Shown here: one piece after another, positions 9,650 to 19,412 of the stretch
Position numbering within the stretch: position 1 is the stretch's first letter
How the letters are laid out: each line of letters starts with the position of its first letter
Source of the DNA: Candidatus Obscuribacteraceae bacterium
Lineage (GTDB): Bacteria; Cyanobacteriota; Vampirovibrionia; Obscuribacterales; Obscuribacteraceae
Assembly: GCA_044229845.1 (NCBI GenBank)
Contig: JBGASG010000001.1
Location: 512,001-576,000 of the forward strand
Length of the DNA stretch: 64,000 nucleotides
Direction: 5' to 3'
Notes under the pieces: generated by a model
Seen by the model: the letters and a program-made list of their open reading frames with translations, nothing else
What the model was told of the DNA's origin: nothing
Database searches by the model: none
Position numbers and translations under genes: made by a program

Positions 9650-10497
9650 TTGTCGTAGATGCGGTGGGCGCCGGTATAGATGTTGAAACGGTCGTTGCGG
9701 ACGAAACCTATTAAAGTCATGTCGCATTCGGCTGCCAGTTGCACGGCGAGGCTGGATGGTGCGCCCACCGCGACGAGCACCGGTAGACCGGCATGAGCAG
9801 CTTTCTGTACCAACTCGAAACTGGCTCTACCGCTCACTAGCAGTATGTGATTCGTGAGGGGCATCTGGTGAGAGAGAAACATGTTGCCCAGCACTTTGTC
9901 GAGTGCGTTGTGCCTGCCGATATCCTCTCTCAAGTCCAGCAGGTTTCCTTCGGCATCGAACAGGCAGGACGCATGGGTGCCTCCGGTGCGGTTGAACTCG
10001 GACTGATGTCTGAGAAGCGCCGACGGTAGTCCCTGGATGAGCTGTGGAGTTGCACGCGGAACGTCTTGGTGGCACTGGAAGTTTCGTTTCACGCGCACGG
10101 CGGCGATGGACCTCTTGCCGCAGACACCGCAACTCGATGCGACGAACGAATGGCGGTCGAGCACGGATGAATCAACCTGGACATCGCGTTTGAGATGGAC
10201 GGTGACCACGTTGCACTTGTCGTTGCAGAGGATCCTATCTACGGCACTTGCATCGTGGATGATGCCTTCGGTAAAGAGGAAACCGATTGCCAGTTCCGGA
10301 TCGTTGCCGGGAGTTCGCATGGTAACGGCGACGGGAATCGAATCTGAGTCGGGTTGCGCAATTAGGATCTCCAGCGGTTCTTCAACGCTGATGTCGTCTT
10401 GATCTGCGAGCGCCGAGTCCGCGTTGTATCTCAGAACTTCGTGTTGCCAGACGCTCGCGGAGCGAGTTTCTTCAGAGACGGTACTGCATTTAATCAT
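9646..10497 (-). CDS. fdhD: Formate dehydrogenase accessory sulfurtransferase FdhD
   Basis: EEPLEI, MRTPG, SSCGVCG, TGGTH, EDIGRHNALDK, SGRASFELVQK. Confidence 0.95.
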   Translation of the reverse strand: MIKCSTVSEETRSASVWQHEVLRYNADSALADQDDISVEEPLEILIAQPDSDSIPVAVTMRTPGNDPELAIGFLFTEGIIHDASAVDRILCNDKCNVVTVHLKRDVQVDSSVLDRHSFVASSCGVCGKRSIAAVRVKRNFQCHQDVPRATPQLIQGLPSALLRHQSEFNRTGGTHASCLFDAEGNLLDLREDIGRHNALDKVLGNMFLSHQMPLTNHILLVSGRASFELVQKAAHAGLPVLVAVGAPSSLAVQLAAECDMTLIGFVRNDRFNIYTGAHRIYDN

Positions 10498-12805
10498 GAT
10501 TGCTTGGCACCACCTCCACGATTATCTGTTTCATCATTGGCTGATCGCTCTGTTTGCTGTAGTCGCCGATTGGGCAAAGGACGTTCAACTCCGGCATATA
10601 ACCGGCGGCGCATCCTTTCGGAATGTTGTACTGCACGGCACGAAACGACTGGAGGCGGCGCTGCGAGCCGTCTTTGGCGAAGCTTGTGATATCGATCAAG
10701 TCGAACTCCTTCAACCCCCGTTCGCGCATGTCGTGCTCGTTCATGAACAAGAGGTTGCGCAGTCCCTTCACCCCGCGATAGCGATCGTCGTCTGAGTAGA
10801 TCGTCGTGTTGAACTGATCGTGGGAGCGCATGGTGCTGAGCATCAGCTTGCCTTCTGGCGGCAGCGAATTGTGCAACATCGCACTGCCGAAAGTCGCTTT
10901 GCCGGTGGAAGTCTGGAAGTCCAATCGACGTGCTGCTTGATCGAGGCGAAAACCTAGCGGTTGGCGGACGCGCTTATTGAAATCTTCGAAACCGGCAATT
11001 GCATCAGCCATCTTGTCTCGGATCAGATCGTAGTTGCCGACGTAATTCTTCCAAGGCGTGCGGCTGTCAGGCAAGGTGGAATTAGCCATGCCTGCAATAA
11101 TTGCTGGTTCCGATAGCAGGTGTGACGAGGCCGGCTCGTTCATTCCCACCGACAGGTGCACCATGCTCATCGAGTCTTCTACTGTCACTTGCTGCAAGCC
11201 GGTGGCTTGAAAGTCCTTCTCCGTCCGTCCGAGGCAAGGCAGGATCAACGCATCGGCACCGCGCACCAGATGACTGCGATTCAGTTTTGTGCTGACATGA
11301 ACGGTTAGCTTGCACCGCCGCAAAGCTTCGAAGGTGCGGTCGCGGTCAGGAGTGGCTGACGCGAAGTTTCCTCCCATGCCGACAAAAACCTGAACGTCGC
11401 CGTTATACATTGCTTCGATGGTGCCGACGGTGTCCAGTCCTTTTGCCCGCGGCGACATGATGCCGCATGCCCTGTCCATTCTCGCCAGCCATTCCTCGGG
11501 CGGATGGTGATGGATGCCGCAGGTACGATTACCCTGAACATTACTGTGTCCACGCACAGGGCAGGGACCGGCACCAGAGCGTCCGATGTTGCCGCGCAGG
11601 AGCAGCACGTTGACGATTTCGCGAATTATGTCGACGCCGAATTCTTGCTGTGTGATGCCCAGGCACCAGCTGATGATGCTGGATTTGGACTGCCGATAGA
11701 TTTCCGCGGCTTGCCGAATTTGTTCGATGCTCACGCCGGAGAGATGCTCGATTTCATCCCACGTAGTTTCGCGACATAGCGCTTTGTATTCTGCAAAACC
11801 AGATGTATGTTTCTCGATGAACTGCATGTCGATGCTGGATGCGTCGGTTTCTTGCATCTCGAAAAGATGTTTGGCTATGGCGCGCAAAATTGCCTGATCG
11901 CCACCGATGCGTGGTTGCAGATTGAGTGTACTGGTGGATGTGATGCGGTTGGTGATCATGTCGAATACTTCATGCGGCGTGATGGCGGACCGCGCCGCTG
12001 CTTCGACTAGCGGATTGATATGGACAATTTTCAGACCCCGCTCTTTGACACCATCGACTAGCGCGCTGATCATGCGCGGCGCGTTGGTGGCAGCATTGAC
12101 GCCGATAATAAAGATCGCATCCGACTGCTGCCAGTCGCCGAGATCGACTGTGCCTTTGCCGGTACCCAGAGCCGCCATCAAGGCGCGTCCACTGGCTTCG
12201 TGGCACATATTGGAACAGTCCGGCAAGTTGTTGGTGCCAAATTCTCGGGCGAACAGTTGGTAGAGAAACGTTGCTTCGTTCGACAGTCGTCCTGAGGTGT
12301 AGAAGCTGGCTTGGTGAGGAGATTCGAGCGCGCGCAGGTGTTTGCCGATCAGTGAAAACGCGTCCGCCCATGAAACGGGTTCGTACCGATCGTTGGATGA
12401 GTTGTACAGCATCGGTTCTGTCAGCCTTCCCGCATTCTCCAGCTGGAAGTCGCTCCAGGTGAGGAGTTCGGCAACTGAATGGGCAGCGAAGAAAGCGCGG
12501 TCGGCTCGTTTCTTTGTCATCTCCCAGGTGACATGCTTGATGCCGTTCTCGCAGATGTCCATGCGCAAGCCTTTGCGATCATCCGGCCACGCGCACCCCG
12601 GACAGTCGAAGCCGCCGTTCTCATGATTCATTTTGAAGACGGCGCGCACGCCGTCAATCAGTTCGCCCTGCTCCAGCAAGATTTTGCCGACACTGAACGC
12701 AGCTCCCCATGCTGCCGCTGGATGTTCGTAGTCTTTTTGAGAATACCGCGCCGGTTTCTTGCCGGGTTTTTCAGACCGGTTGCCATGGTCGTCAGACGGG
12801 GCCAT
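10490..12805 (-). CDS. FdhF/YdeP family molybdopterin oxidoreductase
   Basis: GFDCPGCAWPD, CENG, NNLPDCSNMCHE, RGHSNVQG, RSHDQFNTTIY; adjacent to fdhD. Confidence 0.92.
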   Translation of the reverse strand: MAPSDDHGNRSEKPGKKPARYSQKDYEHPAAAWGAAFSVGKILLEQGELIDGVRAVFKMNHENGGFDCPGCAWPDDRKGLRMDICENGIKHVTWEMTKKRADRAFFAAHSVAELLTWSDFQLENAGRLTEPMLYNSSNDRYEPVSWADAFSLIGKHLRALESPHQASFYTSGRLSNEATFLYQLFAREFGTNNLPDCSNMCHEASGRALMAALGTGKGTVDLGDWQQSDAIFIIGVNAATNAPRMISALVDGVKERGLKIVHINPLVEAAARSAITPHEVFDMITNRITSTSTLNLQPRIGGDQAILRAIAKHLFEMQETDASSIDMQFIEKHTSGFAEYKALCRETTWDEIEHLSGVSIEQIRQAAEIYRQSKSSIISWCLGITQQEFGVDIIREIVNVLLLRGNIGRSGAGPCPVRGHSNVQGNRTCGIHHHPPEEWLARMDRACGIMSPRAKGLDTVGTIEAMYNGDVQVFVGMGGNFASATPDRDRTFEALRRCKLTVHVSTKLNRSHLVRGADALILPCLGRTEKDFQATGLQQVTVEDSMSMVHLSVGMNEPASSHLLSEPAIIAGMANSTLPDSRTPWKNYVGNYDLIRDKMADAIAGFEDFNKRVRQPLGFRLDQAARRLDFQTSTGKATFGSAMLHNSLPPEGKLMLSTMRSHDQFNTTIYSDDDRYRGVKGLRNLLFMNEHDMRERGLKEFDLIDITSFAKDGSQRRLQSFRAVQYNIPKGCAAGYMPELNVLCPIGDYSKQSDQPMMKQIIVEVVPSNHD

Positions 12806-12849
12806 TAAGCAATTTCCTCAGGGGATTGAGGTGCTTATTCTAGTCACAA

Positions 12850-13287
12850 TTAGCCGAGATTGAGCGGCGGAATAATCAGGATGGATGCCTGCGGTTTTTT
12901 GCCGGTTTTGGAGTCGCCAAAGCCGCCTTTAATGCCTGCTGCGCTGGCTTCGGCTGTCTGCACGAATTTTTTTACAGGGCAGGAGGACCCTGTGTCTTCC
13001 AAATTGTTCAGCGTGTCTACGACATCTTTGGATGCTCGCGTGGCTGAGGATATGTAGTCTCCGCCTTTCTCCCTTTCCTCCTTCTTGGTCTGACCGATAT
13101 CGGTCGGGTTATTCCTGAGCGGATTCTTGTGGGTGACGCAGTCGGGAGCAGTAGTAAAAAAGAGAGTTCTAGCGGCTCGAGCTGCAGCGTCGCTGGCAGT
13201 GGCGATTAGTTCTGCGCCGAGACTGGTAGATTCAGCCGACTCATCTACCTTAATGCGAGCCGGAATTCGATCCTGTCCTAACGACAT
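12850..13287 (-). CDS. Hypothetical protein
   Basis: 145-aa ORF filling the intergenic gap; AGGT upstream of ATG. Confidence 0.5.
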   Translation of the reverse strand: MSLGQDRIPARIKVDESAESTSLGAELIATASDAAARAARTLFFTTAPDCVTHKNPLRNNPTDIGQTKKEEREKGGDYISSATRASKDVVDTLNNLEDTGSSCPVKKFVQTAEASAAGIKGGFGDSKTGKKPQASILIIPPLNLG

Positions 13288-13429
13288 GAGATTACCTACG
13301 TTGGTGGGTCAGGGCGGGGGATAGTCGCCTATATACGGCACCGTCCTTTTTTGGACACGTGTCGAAAAAATGGGCTCTGTGGATAGATCCAGGTGTGGAC
13401 TGGCACCTCACGTGGAGTCCACTTGGCTT

Positions 13430-14881
13430 ATGGCGGAATTGAATTTCTTAGAGCTTGCCCGGGATAAGTTCCAGGCGCCCACGCCCGGTGATGCCCAGCC
13501 ACCAGGGCACGTGGAGAAACTGCAGGAAGACGCGGGGCTCTTCCTGCGAATTACCGATGCCGTGAAGCAGGCGGTAGGGCCAGGCAAACCGGCCGCCAGA
13601 GAAAAGACGGACTGGACGATTGCAATTAATCTGACCACCGACTTTGGCAGCGGTTATGGCGTCAACGCGCGCATGAAGGAACTGCGGGATCTGGCGGAGA
13701 AGACTAAGGGCACTCCGGTGACGCTGGTTGTGCAGGCTGCCTATCCGAGCTATTCGTCGTGGTCGTCGCTGATTTCGATGACACCGGACGGGCACCAGCT
13801 CTACCGCTACATTATTAAAGACGGCAAGATGACCATGGCAGACTCTGTGAAATCGCAGGGGTATGCCAAGGACACAGAGGGTCTTTTGACTTTTACCGGC
13901 AGCCGTTTCGACCCGAAGCGCCTAGGGCTAATTATGGATTCGCATGGACAGGGCAATAAAGGGTTGACTGGCGACACGGGAAAAGCCAGCGTAGCCGAAT
14001 TTGTCGATGCCGTGAAAAAAGGATTGAAGGCGATCGGCAAAGAAAAACTTGATGTCCTGGATTTCGATTGCTGCCTGATGTCCCAGGATGGTGTCGTTGA
14101 TGCACTTAAGGGGTTGGCATCAGATGTGGTGGCATCGCCCGAGACGGAACACATCGCTGGGCAAGTCGTGTCAGGTCCGCTGGAGAAACTGGCGAAGAAT
14201 CCAGCAGCGACATCTGATCAGGTTGCGCGTAGTTTCGTCACTGCATCACAAGATCGGCAGAGGGCGTCCGAACAAATGTGGAAGTGGCTCGAACAACTTG
14301 GCATACCTAAAGGAGATCGAGTCTTAATCAGCACTTTGTCGCATATCAACACTCGCGAGTACACAGATTTTCAGAAAAACCTCGATAAGTTCGGCGACAA
14401 GATGTGCGAGGCTCTCAAGGACGAAAAGAGTCGAGCAGCCATCGAGAAGGCTATTGACGAAACTGCCACCTACGGCGGCAGCGGCTCGTTGCTGTTCTTT
14501 TTGTTCGGAGTCGGAAGCAAGAAATACGACCTGAAGGACTTCACCACGCGTGTGGTAAAGGCTATCGAGGCCGGTGAGATCAAAGATGCTGACGGTTCGC
14601 TGAAAGCCAGTGCGCAAGCGGTTCTGGATAACCGCGCCAAACTGGTCAAAGACTACTTTGGGCACGGCAGGTATGAGGGGTTGGGAGGCATATCGACGTT
14701 TTTGCCCGGGCGGGATTTGCGGGCATCGACCAGAGATCGTGCCGAGTCCACTTATAAGGCAGAACTGGTGCCCAAAGATACCGGCTGGGGACGGTTCCGT
14801 TATGCACTGGTTCCGGAGAAGAAGCAAGAGCCCAATCAACCAGGCAGTTGGTCGTCGTGGTTGCCTTGGGGTAAAAAATAG
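13430..14881 (+). CDS. Clostripain-related cysteine peptidase (C11 family)
   Basis: SHGQG (His) and DFDCCLM (Cys) motifs, VASPETE, GGISTFLP; ATG at 13430 follows GGAG (ORF track opens at 13370). Confidence 0.75.
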   Translation: MAELNFLELARDKFQAPTPGDAQPPGHVEKLQEDAGLFLRITDAVKQAVGPGKPAAREKTDWTIAINLTTDFGSGYGVNARMKELRDLAEKTKGTPVTLVVQAAYPSYSSWSSLISMTPDGHQLYRYIIKDGKMTMADSVKSQGYAKDTEGLLTFTGSRFDPKRLGLIMDSHGQGNKGLTGDTGKASVAEFVDAVKKGLKAIGKEKLDVLDFDCCLMSQDGVVDALKGLASDVVASPETEHIAGQVVSGPLEKLAKNPAATSDQVARSFVTASQDRQRASEQMWKWLEQLGIPKGDRVLISTLSHINTREYTDFQKNLDKFGDKMCEALKDEKSRAAIEKAIDETATYGGSGSLLFFLFGVGSKKYDLKDFTTRVVKAIEAGEIKDADGSLKASAQAVLDNRAKLVKDYFGHGRYEGLGGISTFLPGRDLRASTRDRAESTYKAELVPKDTGWGRFRYALVPEKKQEPNQPGSWSSWLPWGKK

Positions 14882-14916
14882 TCCCGATAATTGATAGGAT
14901 TGCAGGAGAGGTCTTT

Positions 14917-15837
14917 ATGCCAAGAAAGCTTTCCCTGCATCAACTCGTCTCGGTCGCGCTGATTCTTTTGACTGCCGGGTGTATTTCTTCCAGAAACGTG
15001 CCTGCTGAAGCCAGCAACTCACTTGCCGTTGGCTCGTTATCAAGGGCGGCCGGACCGGTATCCGTGCCTCTCAACGGTCCAGCTGAGTTCAACTGGAAGA
15101 AGCGTGAGGAGATACTGAACATGCGGCGAGCGGCGATTGCGCGTACTCCGCAACTGCTTGCTCATCAATACCAGCCGACCGAAGACATTTTCGAACAAGT
15201 GGAAGACGGTAAACCCTGGTGGGGTTTCGCCGGTGAATGTGTCTACGGCAAGGGCATGGCGAGCATCAAAGGATTCGCCGAAGAATCGCGTTTCGTCCTC
15301 AATCCCTTCATGCTGGTTGCGTGCAACCCTGCCACTCTGGGCATCTGGAACACCAGCAAACTGAATCCCGATCAAATGAACGATCCGCGCTTTCCGTTCT
15401 ATTGGATGCCGGAGTCGCTGGTGTATAAGCCGAAAGAACAGACTGCCGAGCTTACTTACAACATCAGTAATTATCTGCGTGCCGTAAGCGCTCAACCGGC
15501 ACTGGCGACCGAAGCCAGTCAGCTGCGCAAGTTCTCGCTGGTTGCCTATAACGCTCGGGACATGGGCTACAACTTCATTTATCTGGATACGAAGAAGTCG
15601 AAGGATGTAGAGAACGACAATCATCCGCACGATGCGACTTTCATTGGCCAGTTTATTCACTGTGGCGGCACTTGCGGTTACCCGGGCGGTTGCAACAACA
15701 TGAGTCCGTTCATTGCAGAAATCGATAGATGTCGGCTCAACAAATTGCCGGCTTCTGCAGTGATCTATTTGTGGAAGGAACGCCCCGAATCGGTTGAGTC
15801 CAAGCCGGACTTCACGTACTACATTACCTTCAAATAA
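14917..15837 (+). CDS. Putative lipoprotein of unknown function with Cys-cluster motif
   Basis: Lipobox LTAGC; motif HCGGTCGYPGGCNNMSP; GGAG RBS. Confidence 0.65.
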   Translation: MPRKLSLHQLVSVALILLTAGCISSRNVPAEASNSLAVGSLSRAAGPVSVPLNGPAEFNWKKREEILNMRRAAIARTPQLLAHQYQPTEDIFEQVEDGKPWWGFAGECVYGKGMASIKGFAEESRFVLNPFMLVACNPATLGIWNTSKLNPDQMNDPRFPFYWMPESLVYKPKEQTAELTYNISNYLRAVSAQPALATEASQLRKFSLVAYNARDMGYNFIYLDTKKSKDVENDNHPHDATFIGQFIHCGGTCGYPGGCNNMSPFIAEIDRCRLNKLPASAVIYLWKERPESVESKPDFTYYITFK

Positions 15838-15952
15838 TGTCCATCTAAAACGACGCCAAGATTCGTTCATCCGATAGGTGATAAAACAGAAGCGGTGATA
15901 GGTCCTAAGGACTACTGCCTGTACGGTTAGCCGGCTTTTTAGGCATTGAGGA

Positions 15953-16753
15953 GTGATTATGTTGAGCGCAGCAAGCAGAGCAAACGCACTTGCAGCCCGC
16001 CTCGCTTCTGCGGCGGTGATGGTGGTCTTGGCAGCGGCTGCGCCCGCCACCGATGCCGCTGCACCGGCAGCAGCCTCGATGCCCACCGAACAGCAAATCA
16101 AAATGTTGGAAGTGCAGTGTCGGCAAGCGCCCAATTCCTGCCAACCGCACTTCGATCTCGGCAAAGCTCTTTGCAAGAAAGCCGGTGGCATGAAGAAGGG
16201 ATGCCCTGAGCAAGCAGCACTTTACCGCCGGGCTGTTTCCGAATTGCGGGTCGCGATCCGCAAAGGGAAGGGCAACGCCACATCGCAGGCCGCCAACCAA
16301 TATCTGATGACTTTGCCCAGAGACGTCGTTGCTCCGCGCACCGATGCCGATACGCCCATGATCGCGGCTGCCCATGGGATCAACGGACTGATGCGTGGTG
16401 GTGAAGCGTCCAAGCCTAAGGTGCTGGAGTTCTACGCATCCTGGTGCCAGCCTTGCAAAATGCTGAAACCGCTGATTGAGAAAGCCAAGACGACATACGG
16501 CGATAAGGTCGAATTTGTGAGCTACAACGTCGACGATCCTAAGACTGAGAAACTGATCGAAGACTACGAAGTGAGCCCGATTCCGACGCTTATCTTCTTG
16601 GGAGCGGACAACCAGGTGGTCAGCTATGCCATCGGATTTTCCGGAGAGATAGGCATCAATAACGGTCTCAAGAAGATTTTGACTGCCAGCGAGCCGATCC
16701 CGTCAGCGCCGTCGACGCCATCTGCATCCGTGCCGACCTCCCCTAGCATCTGA
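15953..16753 (+). CDS. Exported thioredoxin-domain protein
   Basis: Signal peptide; EFYASWCQPCK; cis-Pro motif SPIPT. Confidence 0.8.
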   Translation: MIMLSAASRANALAARLASAAVMVVLAAAAPATDAAAPAAASMPTEQQIKMLEVQCRQAPNSCQPHFDLGKALCKKAGGMKKGCPEQAALYRRAVSELRVAIRKGKGNATSQAANQYLMTLPRDVVAPRTDADTPMIAAAHGINGLMRGGEASKPKVLEFYASWCQPCKMLKPLIEKAKTTYGDKVEFVSYNVDDPKTEKLIEDYEVSPIPTLIFLGADNQVVSYAIGFSGEIGINNGLKKILTASEPIPSAPSTPSASVPTSPSI

Positions 16754-16868
16754 TTGTCAGTCTGAAATGTGTTGACAAGATTTGCACCGCGAGTGGTGCC
16801 ACTGCCGACGCACAGCCGTTTCAGTGCGATAATTAGGTTCTGTCACAGAACAAATCAAGAGGTGAACG

Positions 16869-18272
16869 ATGGCCGTGAGTACTAAAGCGGACACCCGAGT
16901 TGAGCGCGATTCGATGGGAACCATGGAGGTTCCTGCAGACGCTTATTACGGCGCGAGCACGCAGCGGGCAGTTCTGAACTTTCCGATCAGCGATTTGCGT
17001 TATCCGCGCTCATTCATTAGAGCTCTGGCTCTGGTGAAGGCTTACGGCGCTGAAGTCAACAAAGAATACGGTGAGATCGACGCTAAAATCGCCGATGCCA
17101 TTCACAAAGCAGCGATTGAGATTGCCGAGGGCAAGTTCGACAAAGAGTTCGTCGTCGACATCTTTCAGACCGGCTCCGGCACGTCGACCAATATGAATGC
17201 GAATGAAGTGATTGCCAACCGCGCCATCGAAATACTCGGCGGCGAGCGCGGCGACCGCAATCTGGTGCACCCCAACGATCACGTCAACCGCGGCAACTCA
17301 TCCAACGATGCTATTCCGACTGCCATGCATATCGCTGCTCTTCTCGACATGAAAGAGTATCTGCATCCGGCGCTCAAAGGTTTGAAAGTCAGCCTCGAGA
17401 AGAAGTCGAAAGAATTCTGGGACGTCATCAAAACCGGACGCACTCACTTGCAAGACGCAACCCCGGTGCGCCTTGGACAAGAATTTCTCGGCTATGCCGG
17501 TCAAATCGAGCGCGCCATCGAACGCCTTGAATATGCGGAAAGTCGCCTGTCACAGGTGGCCCTGGGCGGCACCGCCGTTGGTACCGGCATCAATGCGCGC
17601 AAAGACTTTGCGCAAAAAGTGCTTGCCAAAATCTCGAAGAATCTCGGCATCAAAGTAGTTGAGACAACGAATCACTTCCAGGCTCAGAACACGCTTGATG
17701 AAGTGGTTGATGCATCCGGCGCCTTGAAAACAATTGCCGTCAGCTTGATGAAGATTGCCAACGACATTCGTTGGCTGGGCAGCGGTCCGCGCGCTGGACT
17801 GGGCGAAATTGCCTTGCCGGAAGTGCAGCCGGGCAGCTCGATTATGCCTGGCAAGGTCAATCCAGTGATTGCCGAATCTGTCTGCATGGCATGTGCGCAA
17901 GTAATCGGCAACGACGTCGTGATTAACACCGCCGGCGCCTCAGGTAACTTCGAACTGAACGTGATGATGCCGATCGCCACTTACGACTTGTTGCAATCGA
18001 TCATGCTGTTGGCGCGAGTCGCCGAGAACTTCCAACGCCAGTGCGTCGATGGTATCAAGGCTACCGAGAGAGGACCGGAGATGGTCGAGCGCGGCTTAAT
18101 GATGTGCACCGCCCTGGTACCGGAAATTGGCTATGACCTGTCAGCCGCGATTGCGAAAGAAGCTTCCAAAACAGGCGAAACTATTCGAGAAGTGGCGCGT
18201 AAGAAGACCGAGTTGACCGAAGATCAGCTGAAGAAGATTCTTGATCCATCGAAAATGACGGAGCCAGACTAA
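16869..18272 (+). CDS. fumC: Class II fumarate hydratase
   Basis: QTGSGTSTNMN, GRTHLQDATP, GSSIMPGKVNP. Confidence 0.95.
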   Translation: MAVSTKADTRVERDSMGTMEVPADAYYGASTQRAVLNFPISDLRYPRSFIRALALVKAYGAEVNKEYGEIDAKIADAIHKAAIEIAEGKFDKEFVVDIFQTGSGTSTNMNANEVIANRAIEILGGERGDRNLVHPNDHVNRGNSSNDAIPTAMHIAALLDMKEYLHPALKGLKVSLEKKSKEFWDVIKTGRTHLQDATPVRLGQEFLGYAGQIERAIERLEYAESRLSQVALGGTAVGTGINARKDFAQKVLAKISKNLGIKVVETTNHFQAQNTLDEVVDASGALKTIAVSLMKIANDIRWLGSGPRAGLGEIALPEVQPGSSIMPGKVNPVIAESVCMACAQVIGNDVVINTAGASGNFELNVMMPIATYDLLQSIMLLARVAENFQRQCVDGIKATERGPEMVERGLMMCTALVPEIGYDLSAAIAKEASKTGETIREVARKKTELTEDQLKKILDPSKMTEPD

Positions 18273-18324
18273 CTCCGGGCCCGCAGCGCTGATTAAACGG
18301 AGTACACTGTAACTGTCTTGAGTT

Positions 18325-19386
18325 ATGGAGGTGTTCAACGTGGGTTCAGTCCGACAGATGCTATCTGGAAGTTTCTGTGGAGTCCTGGCGTTGTCTTTCT
18401 CGCAGGTACTGATTGAGATCGCCGCTGCTGATGCGGCGCCGGCACCGATCAGGCGGACAGCCGCCGGCAACCAGCAAATCATCAAGAAAGGGTGTGACCT
18501 CACCCCGCAGTACAACGCCTACCTTGGAAAGCTGCAAAACCGGGTGCTCTCCAAATGGAACACATTGCTCGCCGACGGCAAGAACAACGTGACTCTGGCT
18601 GCCACCGTCAATACCGACGGCTCGGTGCAGAACGTGACGATGCGTAGTTCGCCGAACAATCCTGCGGCAGAGCAATCGGCTCTCGATGCGTTCAACAACT
18701 CGCAGCCGCTTGATGCCCTGCCGTCCGGAAGCAGTCCAGTGGTGATCACATTCACATTCGTATCCACATCTGATCCGCATGGTGACAGCAACTCCAGCAT
18801 GTCCGCGCGTATGGCGCCGGTCACCGCTCCATCGGCGAATGTGCCGCCCAGTTCATCTCCGTCCTCATCCTCCAATTATTCATCGCCGGCAACCAGCTCC
18901 AGCTATACTCCCCCTGCCGACGCCACCTCGACTCCATCGACTCCAGCAACTTCATCCACCCCAGCCTCTTCAGCAGGTTCGGGCGGTAGTTATCCCGCAC
19001 AGAGCGGAATGCCTGCCGATCTCGGATTAGGGTCCGTGTTGCCGCCCGATAAAGACGGTGGGCAGAGTGCGCCAGCCGCACAGTCCGCTCCCGCTTCAAC
19101 TGCGCCAGCCACTGCGGCTCCGGCGGCGGCGCCAGCTGATGCTGCTTCGGCTGCCCCAGCAGAAGCGGCACCCGCAGCTCAAGCGGCGCCGGCAGCTCAA
19201 GCCGCGCCGGCAGCGACTGGACAGGAAGGAGCATCACAGCCGGAATCAGCGCCTGCATCTACACCGGTCGGCGGCGCTCCTGCCTCGACTGGCGGCGATG
19301 TGGACAACTTCACCCCTTCTGAAACGACTACGCAACCGCCACAAGGCTCTCAGCCTGCGACCTACGGAAGTTCTGAAAATCCCTGA
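18325..19386 (+). CDS. TonB C-terminal-like domain protein with long Ala/Pro/Ser low-complexity tail
   Basis: YLGKLQNRVLSKW...DGSV...SSP..AAEQSALDA...PLDALP pattern resembles TonB_C/TolA; signal-like N-terminus. Confidence 0.65.
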   Translation: MEVFNVGSVRQMLSGSFCGVLALSFSQVLIEIAAADAAPAPIRRTAAGNQQIIKKGCDLTPQYNAYLGKLQNRVLSKWNTLLADGKNNVTLAATVNTDGSVQNVTMRSSPNNPAAEQSALDAFNNSQPLDALPSGSSPVVITFTFVSTSDPHGDSNSSMSARMAPVTAPSANVPPSSSPSSSSNYSSPATSSSYTPPADATSTPSTPATSSTPASSAGSGGSYPAQSGMPADLGLGSVLPPDKDGGQSAPAAQSAPASTAPATAAPAAAPADAASAAPAEAAPAAQAAPAAQAAPAATGQEGASQPESAPASTPVGGAPASTGGDVDNFTPSETTTQPPQGSQPATYGSSENP

Positions 19387-19412
19387 CCGCTTAACTAATC
19401 GGGCAGCTTCAC

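Noticed and set aside
15040..16191. 383-aa minus-strand ORF
   Set aside because: Overlaps two better-supported plus-strand genes
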